Notes: generated by a model not told the origin, from the sequence alone. A stretch of 32,000 bases of DNA from an uncultured Tissierellaceae bacterium (GCA_964567475.1 CAZMMV010000002.1:21117-53116); one strand, 5' to 3'; numbered from the stretch's first letter, positions 8,813 through 18,650 are shown. Program-made: numbers and translations.

Positions 8813-8857
8813 AATAAGTATCAAAAATGGTGCCAGGCACCATTTTTGATACTTATT
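8813..8857. repeat. 45-bp perfect palindrome, copy 2 (shared terminator of convergent genes)
   Basis: Same 45-mer with central base A. It starts 1 nt after the TAA of the Crp-family gene and ends 11 nt before the stop of the patB-like gene. Confidence 0.9.
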
Positions 8858-8868
8858 TCTTATTCAGA

Positions 8869-10044
8869 TTATTCTACTGCTTTTTTAATTCTTTTTAAAC
8901 CTTCTTTTAAGGTTTTTCTTGGACAAGCTATGTTCAATCTAAAAAATCCTTGTCCTCCACGACCAAAAATTTCTCCATTGTTTAACATTATTTTTCCCTT
9001 ATTGATTAAAAGCTTATTTATTTCTTCTGAAGTCTTATCTAATCCATTGAAATCAAGCCATAATAAATATGTACCTTCTGGCTTATATGTCTTTACACCT
9101 TTTATGTTTTCATTTATATAATCAACAGCATAATCTGCATTTCCCTCTATATATTCTAATGCATTTTCTATCCAATCTTTGCCATGACTATAAGCTGCTG
9201 TAAATCCCGCTACGGAAAATGTATTGGCATGATTTATTTCCATTAACTCTAGGGCTCTTTTATATCTTTCTCTTATAGCTGAATTTGGTATTATAGCTAC
9301 TGACGCAAACAATCCGGGTATATTAAAAGTCTTACTAGGTGCCATAAGTGTTATGGTATTCATTGCAATCTTCTCTGATATGCTAGCTGTAGGTGTATGC
9401 TTATGTCCCTTATATATTAAATCACTATGAATCTCATCTGAAACTATTATAATTTTATTCTCTACACAAATTTCACTAAATTCTTTTAACTCATCCCTTG
9501 TCCATACTCTACCTACTGGATTGTGAGGGCTACATAGCACTGCCAGTTTAGTCTTTTTAGTAATCTTATCCTTCATATCTTGAAAATCCATTTTGTATTT
9601 ATTTCCATCAAAGTTCAGCTTGTTTTCTACTATCTTTCTATTATTATTCTTTGCTACTCTATAAAATGGATGATATACAGGTGGCTGTATCAATATTTCA
9701 TCATCTTCTTCAGTTAATTCTCTTGTAGCTACACTTATTCCTGGTACTACCCCTGGAATAAAAGTTATCCATTCTTTTTCTACTTTCCAATTATATTTAT
9801 CATAAATCCAGTTAATAATTGACTGATAAAATGAATTTGGTATTACATCGTATCCTATTACTCCATGTTCTATAGGATTTTTTAAAGCATTTAAAATCTC
9901 ATCTGCTACTTTAAAATCCATATCTGCAACCCACATAGGCAATATATCATCTTGTCCATATTCTATCTTAGGCATATTCCATTTAATTGAATTACTATCT
10001 TTTCTATTTAGTATTTCATCAAAATTATATTTCAATATTATCAT
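8869..10044 (-). CDS. patB: PatB/MalY-family C-S lyase (cystathionine beta-lyase-type class I/II aminotransferase)
   Basis: N-terminal FDEILNRKDSNSIKW, then MWVADMDF and the PLP-lysine context APSKTFNIPG. The ATG at 10044 abuts the RBS, so TTG at 10035 is an alternative start. Confidence 0.85.
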   Translation of the reverse strand: MIILKYNFDEILNRKDSNSIKWNMPKIEYGQDDILPMWVADMDFKVADEILNALKNPIEHGVIGYDVIPNSFYQSIINWIYDKYNWKVEKEWITFIPGVVPGISVATRELTEEDDEILIQPPVYHPFYRVAKNNNRKIVENKLNFDGNKYKMDFQDMKDKITKKTKLAVLCSPHNPVGRVWTRDELKEFSEICVENKIIIVSDEIHSDLIYKGHKHTPTASISEKIAMNTITLMAPSKTFNIPGLFASVAIIPNSAIRERYKRALELMEINHANTFSVAGFTAAYSHGKDWIENALEYIEGNADYAVDYINENIKGVKTYKPEGTYLLWLDFNGLDKTSEEINKLLINKGKIMLNNGEIFGRGGQGFFRLNIACPRKTLKEGLKRIKKAVE

Positions 10045-10060
10045 TCCTTTCTATAGAAAT

Positions 10061-10080
10061 TGGGACAGAAAACTGTCCCA
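10061..10080 (-). terminator. hairpin downstream of the flavodiiron gene
   Basis: TGGGACAG-AAAA-CTGTCCCA, a perfect 8-bp GC-rich stem. The U-tract on the minus-strand RNA is weak (AUUUCU). Confidence 0.45.
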
Positions 10081-10095
10081 TTTGTTAAGATTTTC

Positions 10096-11283
10096 TTATA
10101 GTTTTTCTGCAAAATCCCTTCCAAATTGTCTACATTCTTCCATAGATTCATCATCTGGATTCCAAAGTACTTTTATTCCTTCTTGTACTAATTCAATCTT
10201 AGCAGCTTTTAATTTTTCTTCTAGTATAGCTACTGATTCTCCAGACCATCCATAGGAACCGAAAGCTGCTCCCTTTTTCTTTTTAAATCCTATTCCTTTA
10301 ATCATCTCAAGAATACCACCTGTTGCATGCATTATACCATTATTTACAGTTGAGCAACCAAATAGCATTGCCTTTGATTTAAATAGTTCTGTTATTACAT
10401 CATTTTTATCAGAATGTGCTGCATTAAATAATTTTACACTTACATTTTTATCTACAGACTTTATTCCTTCTGCAATAGCTTCAGCCATTCTTCTAGTTGC
10501 ATTCCACATACTATCATATACTATGGTAATCTGTTCTTCTTGATATGCATTTGCCCATTCTAAATATTTCTCTACTATTTGTGCAGGATTTTTTCTCCAT
10601 ATAACCCCATGGGATGTTGCAATCATACTTAATGGAAGTTCTAAATTTAATATTTCTTTTATCTTATTAGTCACCAGTGGACTAAATGGAGTTAATATAT
10701 TTGCATAATATTTTATAGCTTCTTGATAAAGTTCTGCCTGATCAACTAAGTCATTATACATATTATCTGACGCATAGTGCTGTCCAAAAGCATCATTACT
10801 AAATAATATGTCTTCTCCACTCATATAAGTCATCATGCTATCTGGCCAATGAAGCATTCTTGCTTCTACAAATGTTAGAGTTGACTCTCCTATATCTAAA
10901 GTGTCCCCTGTTTTTACTTCTACAAAATTCCACTCTTCATGATAATGTGCCTTTAGTATCTTGGCTCCGTTACTTGTACAGTAAATAGGAGTATCTGGTA
11001 TCTCCTTCATAAGTAAAGGTAATGAACCACTATGATCAACTTCACCATGTTGTGCAATAATATAGTCAATCTCATTTAGGTCAATTTCCTTCTTTAAATT
11101 TTCTACAAATTCTTCTGCAAAGGGTTCCCAAACAGTGTCTATAAGTACTGTTTTTTCATCTTTAATTAAATATGAATTATATGAAGAACCTCTGTGTGTT
11201 GAGTACTCATCTCCATGGAAACGTCTTAGTTCCCAATCAATTTTACCTACCCATGTCACCTTACTTGTCATTTTAAAACTCAT
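10096..11283 (-). CDS. fprA: flavodiiron protein (FprA-type A-type flavoprotein, O2/NO reductase)
   Basis: Metallo-beta-lactamase-like diiron domain (HGEVDHSG) plus a C-terminal flavodoxin-like domain. AGAGGAGG RBS. Confidence 0.88.
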   Translation of the reverse strand: MSFKMTSKVTWVGKIDWELRRFHGDEYSTHRGSSYNSYLIKDEKTVLIDTVWEPFAEEFVENLKKEIDLNEIDYIIAQHGEVDHSGSLPLLMKEIPDTPIYCTSNGAKILKAHYHEEWNFVEVKTGDTLDIGESTLTFVEARMLHWPDSMMTYMSGEDILFSNDAFGQHYASDNMYNDLVDQAELYQEAIKYYANILTPFSPLVTNKIKEILNLELPLSMIATSHGVIWRKNPAQIVEKYLEWANAYQEEQITIVYDSMWNATRRMAEAIAEGIKSVDKNVSVKLFNAAHSDKNDVITELFKSKAMLFGCSTVNNGIMHATGGILEMIKGIGFKKKKGAAFGSYGWSGESVAILEEKLKAAKIELVQEGIKVLWNPDDESMEECRQFGRDFAEKL

Positions 11284-11369
11284 ATTTTTCCTCCTCTTTA
11301 TTTTCCTTGCTTAACTTATTTTACCCTACTTTACCACTTAATAACCTATTTTACTATATTTATCCAATA

Positions 11370-12248
11370 CTACTGTCCCATTAAATACTTTAGATATGGG
11401 GAATTCACAGGCAACATTATAACTGTTTCCTCATCTATTGAAGTCTTGTAACTATCTAATATTGTATAAAGTTTAAAGAATTCTTGATCTTGTCCATAGG
11501 AGTCATTATAAATCCTAGCTGCTTCCTTTTCACCTTCTGCTACTATTTCCTGAGCCTGTGCATCAGTCTTTGCTATTATCTCAGCTACTTCTCTGTCTGC
11601 ATTGGCAGTTATTTTAGTTTTTTCTGCTTCACCTTGAGATAGATATTCTTGGGCCTTACTTGCCCTTTCTGATATCATTCTTTTGTATACAGATTGCTCA
11701 TTACTTTCTGGTAAATCTATTCTTTTCATTTGTATATCTACTACTTCAATTCCATTTTTATTGGTCTTTAATATTTTATTAATATTATCTTGAACTTCTT
11801 TATCTATATTACCTCTTTTATTATCACTAGAATTGATTATTGCACCATATTCTAATTTACCTAGTTCATTTCTTACATTAGAATACATAATATCACTAAG
11901 CCTTGCCTCTGCACCATCTAAAGTCTTTAATGTCTCTACCATATTTATAGGCTCTGTTATTTTCCATAGTGTATAATAATCAACTAGTATCCTCTTCTTA
12001 TCAAATGTATTAATCTCCGTTGCAGGTACATCATAAAAAAGTACATGTTTAGGTAACTTTTCTACTGATTGTATAAATGGTAACTTTATCTTCAAACCAT
12101 CAGTTTCTATTACTTTTACTATTTTTCCAAATTGTTTTATTACACCGTATTCATTTGGTTTAACAACAAAAATATTAGTAATCAGCAATACTACTATTAA
12201 TATAATTGGTAGAGCAATATATAGTGTCTTTTTCATATTATTATTCAT
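11370..12248 (-). CDS. hflC: HflC (SPFH/band-7 protease modulator)
   Basis: N-terminal TM helix, SPFH domain and a coiled-coil Ala/Glu-rich region. Overlaps hflK by 8 nt. Confidence 0.85.
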   Translation of the reverse strand: MNNNMKKTLYIALPIILIVVLLITNIFVVKPNEYGVIKQFGKIVKVIETDGLKIKLPFIQSVEKLPKHVLFYDVPATEINTFDKKRILVDYYTLWKITEPINMVETLKTLDGAEARLSDIMYSNVRNELGKLEYGAIINSSDNKRGNIDKEVQDNINKILKTNKNGIEVVDIQMKRIDLPESNEQSVYKRMISERASKAQEYLSQGEAEKTKITANADREVAEIIAKTDAQAQEIVAEGEKEAARIYNDSYGQDQEFFKLYTILDSYKTSIDEETVIMLPVNSPYLKYLMGQ

Positions 12249-13317
12249 TTGATTTGCTCCCTTCTGATTTGCTATCTTGTTTTGATAACTCTTGAATTGG
12301 CAAATACTTTACTGTACTTCCATTGTCATCTACTATTAATAATTTTGCATCTTTAAAAGCTAACTGTATGGCTTCAATGTTTAATCTATTTCTGGTAACT
12401 CCTGGATTATACTGATATTCTGAATAAATAGCATTGAATTTAGCAGTGTCACCCTTAGCCTTTTCAGTTAAACTTATTTTTTCTCCTTCAGCTCTACTAA
12501 GAATAGCTGCTCTTTCACCTTCTACTTGATTTATCTTTTCATTTCTATACTTCTCAGCTTCATTAATCTTTGTTATTCTTTCTTCTCTAGCATCTGTTAC
12601 TGCTTTAAAAGCAGCATCTACTTCTGTATTTGGTAAATCAACATCTTGTAAGTTAACATTTATTATGGCTATTCCTAAATCATAAGTCTCTGTTAGCTCT
12701 ACTAAATTATCCCTTATATCATTAATTATCTTAGTTCTTCCATCTGTTAATGCTTCATCTACTGTAGAACTTCCTATTATACTTCTTAATGATGATGAGG
12801 TCGCATTATGTAAAATAGTCTCTGGATCACTGGTATTATAAATAAAAGCTATAGGATCAACTATTTTCCATTGAACCTCTAAATCTGCTAATATTATATT
12901 TTCATCTCCAGTTATCATTTTAGATTCTGCATCACTTACGTCTAAACCTTTTTCCTGACCTTCATATCCTAACTTTAAAGAAAAAGTTTCTTTTGATAAT
13001 TTATGTACTTTTTGTATAGGATATGGAAGTTTTAATTTAAGTCCCGAATCTACAACATTACCTGTTGGTTTTCCAAAGGTTGTTAATACTGCAAATTGTG
13101 TTTGATCAACTGTATAAAAAGAAGACAAGGACAAAAATACAATAACAACAACTAAAGCTATAGGCCAAACTAGTTTAGTGTTTATATTGAAATTTATTTT
13201 CTTTTTCTTTTTTGAATCCATATTAATAACATTGTCATCTTCCTGTTCTCTTTTCTTCTTTAGTTTTTCTACTATTAAATATCCTAATAGTAGGGCAATT
13301 AAAATAATATATTGCAT
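12241..13317 (-). CDS. hflK: HflK (SPFH/band-7 protease modulator)
   Basis: TM helix followed by an SPFH domain and a coiled coil, paired with hflC. AGGGAG RBS before the ATG at 13317. Confidence 0.85.
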   Translation of the reverse strand: MQYIILIALLLGYLIVEKLKKKREQEDDNVINMDSKKKKKINFNINTKLVWPIALVVVIVFLSLSSFYTVDQTQFAVLTTFGKPTGNVVDSGLKLKLPYPIQKVHKLSKETFSLKLGYEGQEKGLDVSDAESKMITGDENIILADLEVQWKIVDPIAFIYNTSDPETILHNATSSSLRSIIGSSTVDEALTDGRTKIINDIRDNLVELTETYDLGIAIINVNLQDVDLPNTEVDAAFKAVTDAREERITKINEAEKYRNEKINQVEGERAAILSRAEGEKISLTEKAKGDTAKFNAIYSEYQYNPGVTRNRLNIEAIQLAFKDAKLLIVDDNGSTVKYLPIQELSKQDSKSEGSKSNE

Positions 13318-13438
13318 TCCACCACTCCCTTATGTCTTATCTTAAGATTATACCCTAACTTGTCTAATATCTAACAAATAAAGTTTTATTATCTTCTAAT
13401 GATTCAATCTTTTTTAATAGGAATAGTGACCGCCATTC

Positions 13439-14119
13439 CTATTTTATTTCTTGTAAGGCTTTTTTATCTAATAATATTATCTTTCTATGACCAACAAGTT
13501 TTATTAGTCCCATATCTTGAAAAATAGTTAATCTTCTGCTTAAAGTTTCTTGACTCATCCCCAAATGAGAAGCCCAATCTCCTTTTTTTATTTTTAAAAG
13601 TAGCTCTTCTTTATCCCCAGATAATTTAATTAAGGATTGTGCAATCCTTCTTTCTACACTGTAGAGGCTAATATTTTCTATTAAACTCTCTGTATCTTCT
13701 AATCTCTCACTTAATTCTTCCATTACTTTAAAAGCTATTTCTGGGTGCTTTTTCATGAGTAACTTAAGACTTTTTCCATCTATTATACATACTACTGTTT
13801 CTGATAAAGCTTGTCCATTATCCTTTAATGTGGATGTACTAAAAAGCGACAATTCACCCATAAATTCTCCAGGTCCCAGTACTCTTATTACTTGTTCTTT
13901 GCCTGTATCAGTAATTCTGGCTATCTTAACCTTACCAGAATTAATTACATAAAGTTTTTCCCCTTTATCTCCTGCCATATATATCATTTCATTTTTTTCA
14001 AATGTCCTTTTCCTTGTGATTTTAGCTACTTCCATCATTTCATCATGGGATAAATTGCTAAAAATCGGTACAATTTCTATACAATTCTTACCAGATTCAG
14101 TAAAACAATTACAATTCAT
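13439..14119 (-). CDS. FNR-type Crp/Fnr regulator with N-terminal cysteine cluster
   Basis: Cys3, Cys5 and Cys13 plus Cys111 in the context ETVVCIIDG (compare E. coli FNR ETSMVCEIP). The HTH carries the E--SR motif (SQETLSRRL). Confidence 0.8.
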   Translation of the reverse strand: MNCNCFTESGKNCIEIVPIFSNLSHDEMMEVAKITRKRTFEKNEMIYMAGDKGEKLYVINSGKVKIARITDTGKEQVIRVLGPGEFMGELSLFSTSTLKDNGQALSETVVCIIDGKSLKLLMKKHPEIAFKVMEELSERLEDTESLIENISLYSVERRIAQSLIKLSGDKEELLLKIKKGDWASHLGMSQETLSRRLTIFQDMGLIKLVGHRKIILLDKKALQEIK

Positions 14120-14331
14120 CTAATCATCTCCTTGTATTAAATAAATACTTTCCTTTAAGATATACCCTTATCTCTATATATTAAAAATCTAAATACATTT
14201 ATAACTGCAAAAAACCGATAACTCATAATTACGATCCCTTCAAATTATTAAGCTACTTTAAATATTTTGTAATCAATTCGTAATGTTAATATGGATAAAA
14301 TATGGTATCATAATAGTAAGGGGATGATAAC

Positions 14332-15114
14332 GTGAAAAGTAGATTTAAATTTATTTCTTTTTCTTTATTATTAATACTAGTCCTTACATTGTCTTTCGGA
14401 TGTACTCCTAATGATAAAAGCAATGATAAAGACAATACGGATAATTTAAGCGAAGATATATCTATGGAGTTAGGGTTTTTAGATGAAAAATATATAAAAG
14501 ATGATGAGCAATTTATTAAAATCGGAGCTAACGGGAAAACCTTAGAACTAAAAATCTTAGATAATGACTTGTTTGATAGCTTAGAATCCAAAGAATTTTA
14601 TATGGTTTCATATAATAAGGAAAATATAGTTAAATCTATAGAAACTAATAAATTTATTAAGACATTAGTTGTAGATTCTATGAATCAAGATATTAATTCT
14701 AGCGAATCCAATAAAATCTCTAAGAGCGAAAAATTTGATACTAAGAATTTAACTTTACTTGATGCATTTATTATAGATATAGATAATGATGGTGAAGATG
14801 AAAAAATTGCTATGTATACTAGAGCTGAAAAAGAAAAAAACGGAGACATTATATGGGACGATGGTCAAGACTGGATAGTATTAGTAGAAGGAAAAGATAA
14901 AGATTATGTACTATTCAATGATTATGTTCAATTAGGTAATATAGATTTATTTGTATATACAATTGAAGATGACTTTTATATAGCCATACTTCAGTCTAGT
15001 ACAGCTAATCTAACACTAAAAGAATATAAGTTTAATAGTGATAAAAAGGAATTTGAAGCTAATGTTAGATTTAATACTACTGGAAATGTAAATATGCTTC
15101 ATAATAGCAAATAA
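14332..15114 (+). CDS. lipoprotein of unknown function
   Basis: Signal peptide with a lipobox (LTLSFG-C24). GTG start with AAGGGGA RBS. Acidic DIDNDGEDE motif. No family recognised. Confidence 0.7.
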   Translation: MKSRFKFISFSLLLILVLTLSFGCTPNDKSNDKDNTDNLSEDISMELGFLDEKYIKDDEQFIKIGANGKTLELKILDNDLFDSLESKEFYMVSYNKENIVKSIETNKFIKTLVVDSMNQDINSSESNKISKSEKFDTKNLTLLDAFIIDIDNDGEDEKIAMYTRAEKEKNGDIIWDDGQDWIVLVEGKDKDYVLFNDYVQLGNIDLFVYTIEDDFYIAILQSSTANLTLKEYKFNSDKKEFEANVRFNTTGNVNMLHNSK

Positions 15115-15143
15115 AAAACTGGAGAGTCTTCTCCAGTTTTTTT
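15113..15143. terminator. bidirectional rho-independent terminator
   Basis: A6, then CTGGAGA-GTCT-TCTCCAG, then T7, between the convergent lipoprotein and ltaE genes. Confidence 0.8.
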
Positions 15144-15182
15144 ATTTGCCACATGGTTTTATTAATATTAAATCCACCTTGT

Positions 15183-16205
15183 TTATTCTATTTTTTCTTT
15201 TATAGCATCTATAAATTTATCAACATCTTCTTTACTAGTATCAAATGATGTAACTAATCTTATTAGCCCTTGGCTTTCATCCCATATATAAAAATCAAAC
15301 TCTTCTTGTAAATCTTTTATTAAGTCCTTTTCCATATATGCAAATATAATATTTGTATACATTCCATCTACAAGCTTTATCCCCAATTCTTCAGATAATC
15401 GCTTAGCTAAATAACTACCCATATTATTAGAATTCAATGCATTCTTCTTCCAAAGATCATCAGTTAAATAAGCTACATATTGAGCTGAGATAAATCTCAT
15501 TTTAGACATTAATTGCATTCCTTGTTTCCTATGAAATTTAAATGATTTACTTAACTCTTTGTTTAATGATATTATAGCTTCTCCTATCATCATTCCATTT
15601 TTAGTACCACCAAAAGATAGTAAATCCACACCTGTATCAGTAATCATATCTTTAAAACTAGATTTTAATGCAACTACAGCATTTGATATCCTGGCACCAT
15701 CTACATGTAAAAACATATTATTTTTATGAGCAAAGTCTGCAAGTTCTTTTATTTCTTTTATGGAGTATAGAGTTCCTGTTTCAGTTGTCTGAGATATGGA
15801 GATCACTTTGGCTTGACTTTGATGCTCGTCTCCATTTGAAAGAAGATAGTCTTCTATATCTTCTTTTGATATTTTACCATTCTTGTTTTCTACAGTAAGT
15901 ATTCTAGAACCACTAAACCTTTGCAAAGCTCCACATTCATCAACATTGATATGAGCAGTATCTGCACAAACTACTGCTTCATAAGGCCTTAACAAACTAC
16001 TTAATCCTATAATATTAGCTGCAGTTCCTGTAGCTACAAAAAATATATCTACTTCCTTACCTAAAAGTTCAGCAATCATATTTTCAGCTTTTATAGTTGT
16101 ATGGTCACTTCCATACGAATGGTCATGCTCATTGTTTACATTTACCATTGATTCCATTATCTTTGGATGTACACCTGAATTATTGTCACTCATAAACATT
16201 TTCAT
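15183..16205 (-). CDS. ltaE: low-specificity L-threonine aldolase
   Basis: Beta-eliminating lyase/threonine aldolase pattern (SDNNSGVHP, GTAANI, FGGTKNG). The ORF-track TTG at 16220 lies inside the GGAGGAG RBS, so I place the start at ATG 16205 (MKMFMSDNN). Confidence 0.85.
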   Translation of the reverse strand: MKMFMSDNNSGVHPKIMESMVNVNNEHDHSYGSDHTTIKAENMIAELLGKEVDIFFVATGTAANIIGLSSLLRPYEAVVCADTAHINVDECGALQRFSGSRILTVENKNGKISKEDIEDYLLSNGDEHQSQAKVISISQTTETGTLYSIKEIKELADFAHKNNMFLHVDGARISNAVVALKSSFKDMITDTGVDLLSFGGTKNGMMIGEAIISLNKELSKSFKFHRKQGMQLMSKMRFISAQYVAYLTDDLWKKNALNSNNMGSYLAKRLSEELGIKLVDGMYTNIIFAYMEKDLIKDLQEEFDFYIWDESQGLIRLVTSFDTSKEDVDKFIDAIKEKIE

Positions 16206-16281
16206 TATTGTCTCCTCCAATTTTATATGTATTTAGTTAAATTACACTTTGCGTATGCTTTACCCCCCCAAGCACTTATTC

Positions 16282-16308
16282 AAACAAAAAAACCAGATTT
16301 CTCTGGTT
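16282..16308 (-). terminator. rho-independent terminator of the helicase gene
   Basis: The minus-strand RNA reads AACCAGA-GAAA-UCUGGUU followed by a U-run, immediately after the stop at 16310. Confidence 0.75.
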
Positions 16309-16309
16309 T

Positions 16310-17944
16310 TTATCTTTTTTTAGGATTTGCTTTTTCAACTGTTATCTTTTTACCTTTTATTCTAGATCCATTTAATTTGTTTAACATCTCATCTTCTAAA
16401 GAAGGATCAACTTCAACGAAACTAAACTTATCATATACATCTATATCTCCAATTAAGTCTTTATCTACATTTGTTTCTCCCATTATTGCTCCAAGTATAT
16501 GTCTTGGACTTAAGCCTCTTCTTTTACCAGCATTAAGGTATAACCTTATCATGCCGCTATTAGATTTAGATCTTGATTGTGTATTTGTTCTAGATTTAGA
16601 TCTAGATTTACCTTGAAAATCAACCATTTCTAATTCTTTATGACCATCTAATTTATTTTCTGACATATAGAATTTAAGAATAGCTGCTGCAATATCAAAA
16701 GATGTATAGTCATCTTCTATTATTGTTTCTATAATTTTTTCATATTTTCCTGAATCTTTTTTATCAACTTCAGCTTTAATCTTCTCAATCATAGCTGTTG
16801 TCTGGTTTGATTGAATATCCTTTAAAGTAGGTAATTCTTTTCTAGCAATTGTTGTCTTAGTATATCTTTGAATTGCTTTTAACTTTTGTATTTCTCTTCC
16901 TGATACAAAGCTAAATGCTCTACCTTCCCTACCTGCTCTAGCTGTTCTACCTATTCTATGAACGTAATACTCTTCATCTTGAGGTAAATCATAATTAATA
17001 ACTAAATCTATATCGTCTACATCTATACCACGAGCTGCAACATCTGTAGCTACTAATATATCTATAGTTCCTTTTCTAAACTTATTCATTACATTATCTC
17101 TTTGAGATTGCTTTAAATCTCCATGAAGGCCATCTACAAAATAACCTCTAGCTTGTAATTCTTCTATTAACTCATCTACTTTTCTCTTTGTGTTACAGAA
17201 CACTAACACTAACTTTGGATCATATATATCTATAAGTCTAGATAATATTTCTGTTTTCATGTGGTGTTTTAGTTCAAAATATCCTTGTTCTACTTTAGGT
17301 ACTGTCATTTCTTTATGAACTACCTTTACTATTTCAGGATCTTTTTGATATTTTGATGCAAATTTTATTATGTCTTTTGGCATAGTAGCTGAAAAGAATA
17401 TAGTTTGTCTTTCTTCCATTAGTCCATTCATAACTAAAGCTATATCTTCTCTGAATCCCATGTCAAACATTTCATCTGCTTCATCTAAAACCATCATATT
17501 GATTCCACCTAGTTTTAGAGTTTTTCTTCTAATATGATCTAATGTTCTTCCTGGAGTTCCTATTACTATATTAACTCCCTTTTTTAAAGCTCTTATCTGT
17601 CTATCTATTGGTTGACCACCATATATAGGTAGTACCTTTATATTTTTTTTATACTTTGCTAGTCTACTTATTTCTTCTGAAACTTGTATACATAATTCTC
17701 TTGTAGGGCATAAAACTAATGCCTGAACTTGCCTATTATTAGGATCACATTTCTCTACAATAGGAACTCCAAATGCAGCAGTCTTACCTGTACCAGTCTG
17801 TGCTTGACCTATGATATCTTTTCCGCTCATTATAACAGGTATTGCACTAGATTGAATTGGAGACATTTCTTCAAAACCCATATCTGAAACAGCTTTTTGT
17901 ATTTCCTCTGATACATTTATTTCCTCAAATCTTAATTTACTCAT
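16310..17944 (-). CDS. DEAD-box ATP-dependent RNA helicase with C-terminal DbpA-type RNA-binding domain
   Basis: Q motif, AQTGTGKT, PTRELC, DEAD, SAT and HRIGRTARAG are all present. An RS/K-rich linker precedes a DbpA-like C-terminal domain. Confidence 0.92.
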   Translation of the reverse strand: MSKLRFEEINVSEEIQKAVSDMGFEEMSPIQSSAIPVIMSGKDIIGQAQTGTGKTAAFGVPIVEKCDPNNRQVQALVLCPTRELCIQVSEEISRLAKYKKNIKVLPIYGGQPIDRQIRALKKGVNIVIGTPGRTLDHIRRKTLKLGGINMMVLDEADEMFDMGFREDIALVMNGLMEERQTIFFSATMPKDIIKFASKYQKDPEIVKVVHKEMTVPKVEQGYFELKHHMKTEILSRLIDIYDPKLVLVFCNTKRKVDELIEELQARGYFVDGLHGDLKQSQRDNVMNKFRKGTIDILVATDVAARGIDVDDIDLVINYDLPQDEEYYVHRIGRTARAGREGRAFSFVSGREIQKLKAIQRYTKTTIARKELPTLKDIQSNQTTAMIEKIKAEVDKKDSGKYEKIIETIIEDDYTSFDIAAAILKFYMSENKLDGHKELEMVDFQGKSRSKSRTNTQSRSKSNSGMIRLYLNAGKRRGLSPRHILGAIMGETNVDKDLIGDIDVYDKFSFVEVDPSLEDEMLNKLNGSRIKGKKITVEKANPKKR

Positions 17945-17980
17945 TAAATAAAATCGTCCTCCTTAGTCTTTAGCTAGTTA

Positions 17981-18009
17981 AGTATACATATAATATTTAC
18001 CAATTGCAA
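17981..18009 (-). promoter_or_regulatory. sigma-A-type promoter for the helicase gene
   Basis: The minus strand reads TTGCAA-17 nt-TATACT, ~30 nt upstream of the ATG at 17944. Confidence 0.5.
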
Positions 18010-18080
18010 GTAAAATATTACAAATTCTTAATTAGTTTTCCATAGTTATTCTAACAATACAATTAAATAATTTCCTTATT

Positions 18081-18572
18081 TTAATTTATCAATTTTTCTT
18101 CTATAAAATCTACAATTTCCTTAATTTCTTGGAAGTTAAATTGTATTACATCTTCTCGCACCTGAAAATCTGACACTACAAACAATAATTCATCCCTCTT
18201 AGATATAATTTTTTCAGAAAATCCTTTTCTTAATAATTCTATCTTGGCTTTATTTTCCCCTTTATATCCTTCAGTTATTATAATATCTACATTGTTTATT
18301 GTTCCAATTATTTCATCTAATTTATATTCTTTTTCTAGCTTTTCTATTTTTGCTATTTTAACTGGCGATGATACCACAACTATATCTGCACCTGCCTCCG
18401 CATGTTTCCAAGAATCCTTACCTGGTTTATCTATTTCAAAGTTCCCCTTATGGTGGTGTTTTATAGTAGCTACTCTATAAGATCTCTTTTTTAATTCTTT
18501 TATTATTTTACATATTATAGTTGTTTTGCCTAAATCTGAACCATTTCCTACTATTGAAATTATAGGTATCAT
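18081..18572 (-). CDS. mobB: molybdopterin-guanine dinucleotide biosynthesis protein MobB
   Basis: P-loop IVGNGSDLGKTT and a MobB-like fold pattern. ATG 18572 (MIPIISIVG) has a GGGGGA RBS. The upstream ATG at 18608 has none. Confidence 0.85.
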   Translation of the reverse strand: MIPIISIVGNGSDLGKTTIICKIIKELKKRSYRVATIKHHHKGNFEIDKPGKDSWKHAEAGADIVVVSSPVKIAKIEKLEKEYKLDEIIGTINNVDIIITEGYKGENKAKIELLRKGFSEKIISKRDELLFVVSDFQVREDVIQFNFQEIKEIVDFIEEKLIN

Positions 18573-18650
18573 AAAAATCCCCCAAGTTTCATAAATTGTT
18601 CTATTCATATTTAATATATTACTTATAGATGTTTTCGCCTAATTTAGGAT

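Noticed and set aside
13416-13443. Hairpin AATAGGAAT-N10-ATTCCTATT overlapping the stop of the FNR-type gene, considered as its terminator.
   Set aside because: On the minus-strand transcript it is followed by an A-run and not a U-run. The U-rich tail is on the + strand, where no gene ends. Its function is therefore unclear and it is not called as a feature.
16551-16610. A repeated, palindromic DNA motif (TAGATTTAGATCT occurs twice, with AGATCT and TCTAGA sites) that looked like a small repeat array.
   Set aside because: It lies inside the DEAD-box helicase CDS and simply encodes the RS/K-rich linker (SRSKSRTNTQSRSKS). It has no spacer-repeat organisation.
18081-18608. N-terminal extensions in the ORF track: mobB from 18608, ltaE from 16220, the lipase fragment from 30987, and the dipeptidase GTG at 2375.
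   Set aside because: The upstream start codons overlap or lack Shine-Dalgarno sequences, while the downstream starts have well-spaced GGAGG-type sites. I adjusted coordinates for mobB, ltaE and the lipase fragment, and kept 2375 for the dipeptidase with the alternative TTG 2366 noted in its evidence.
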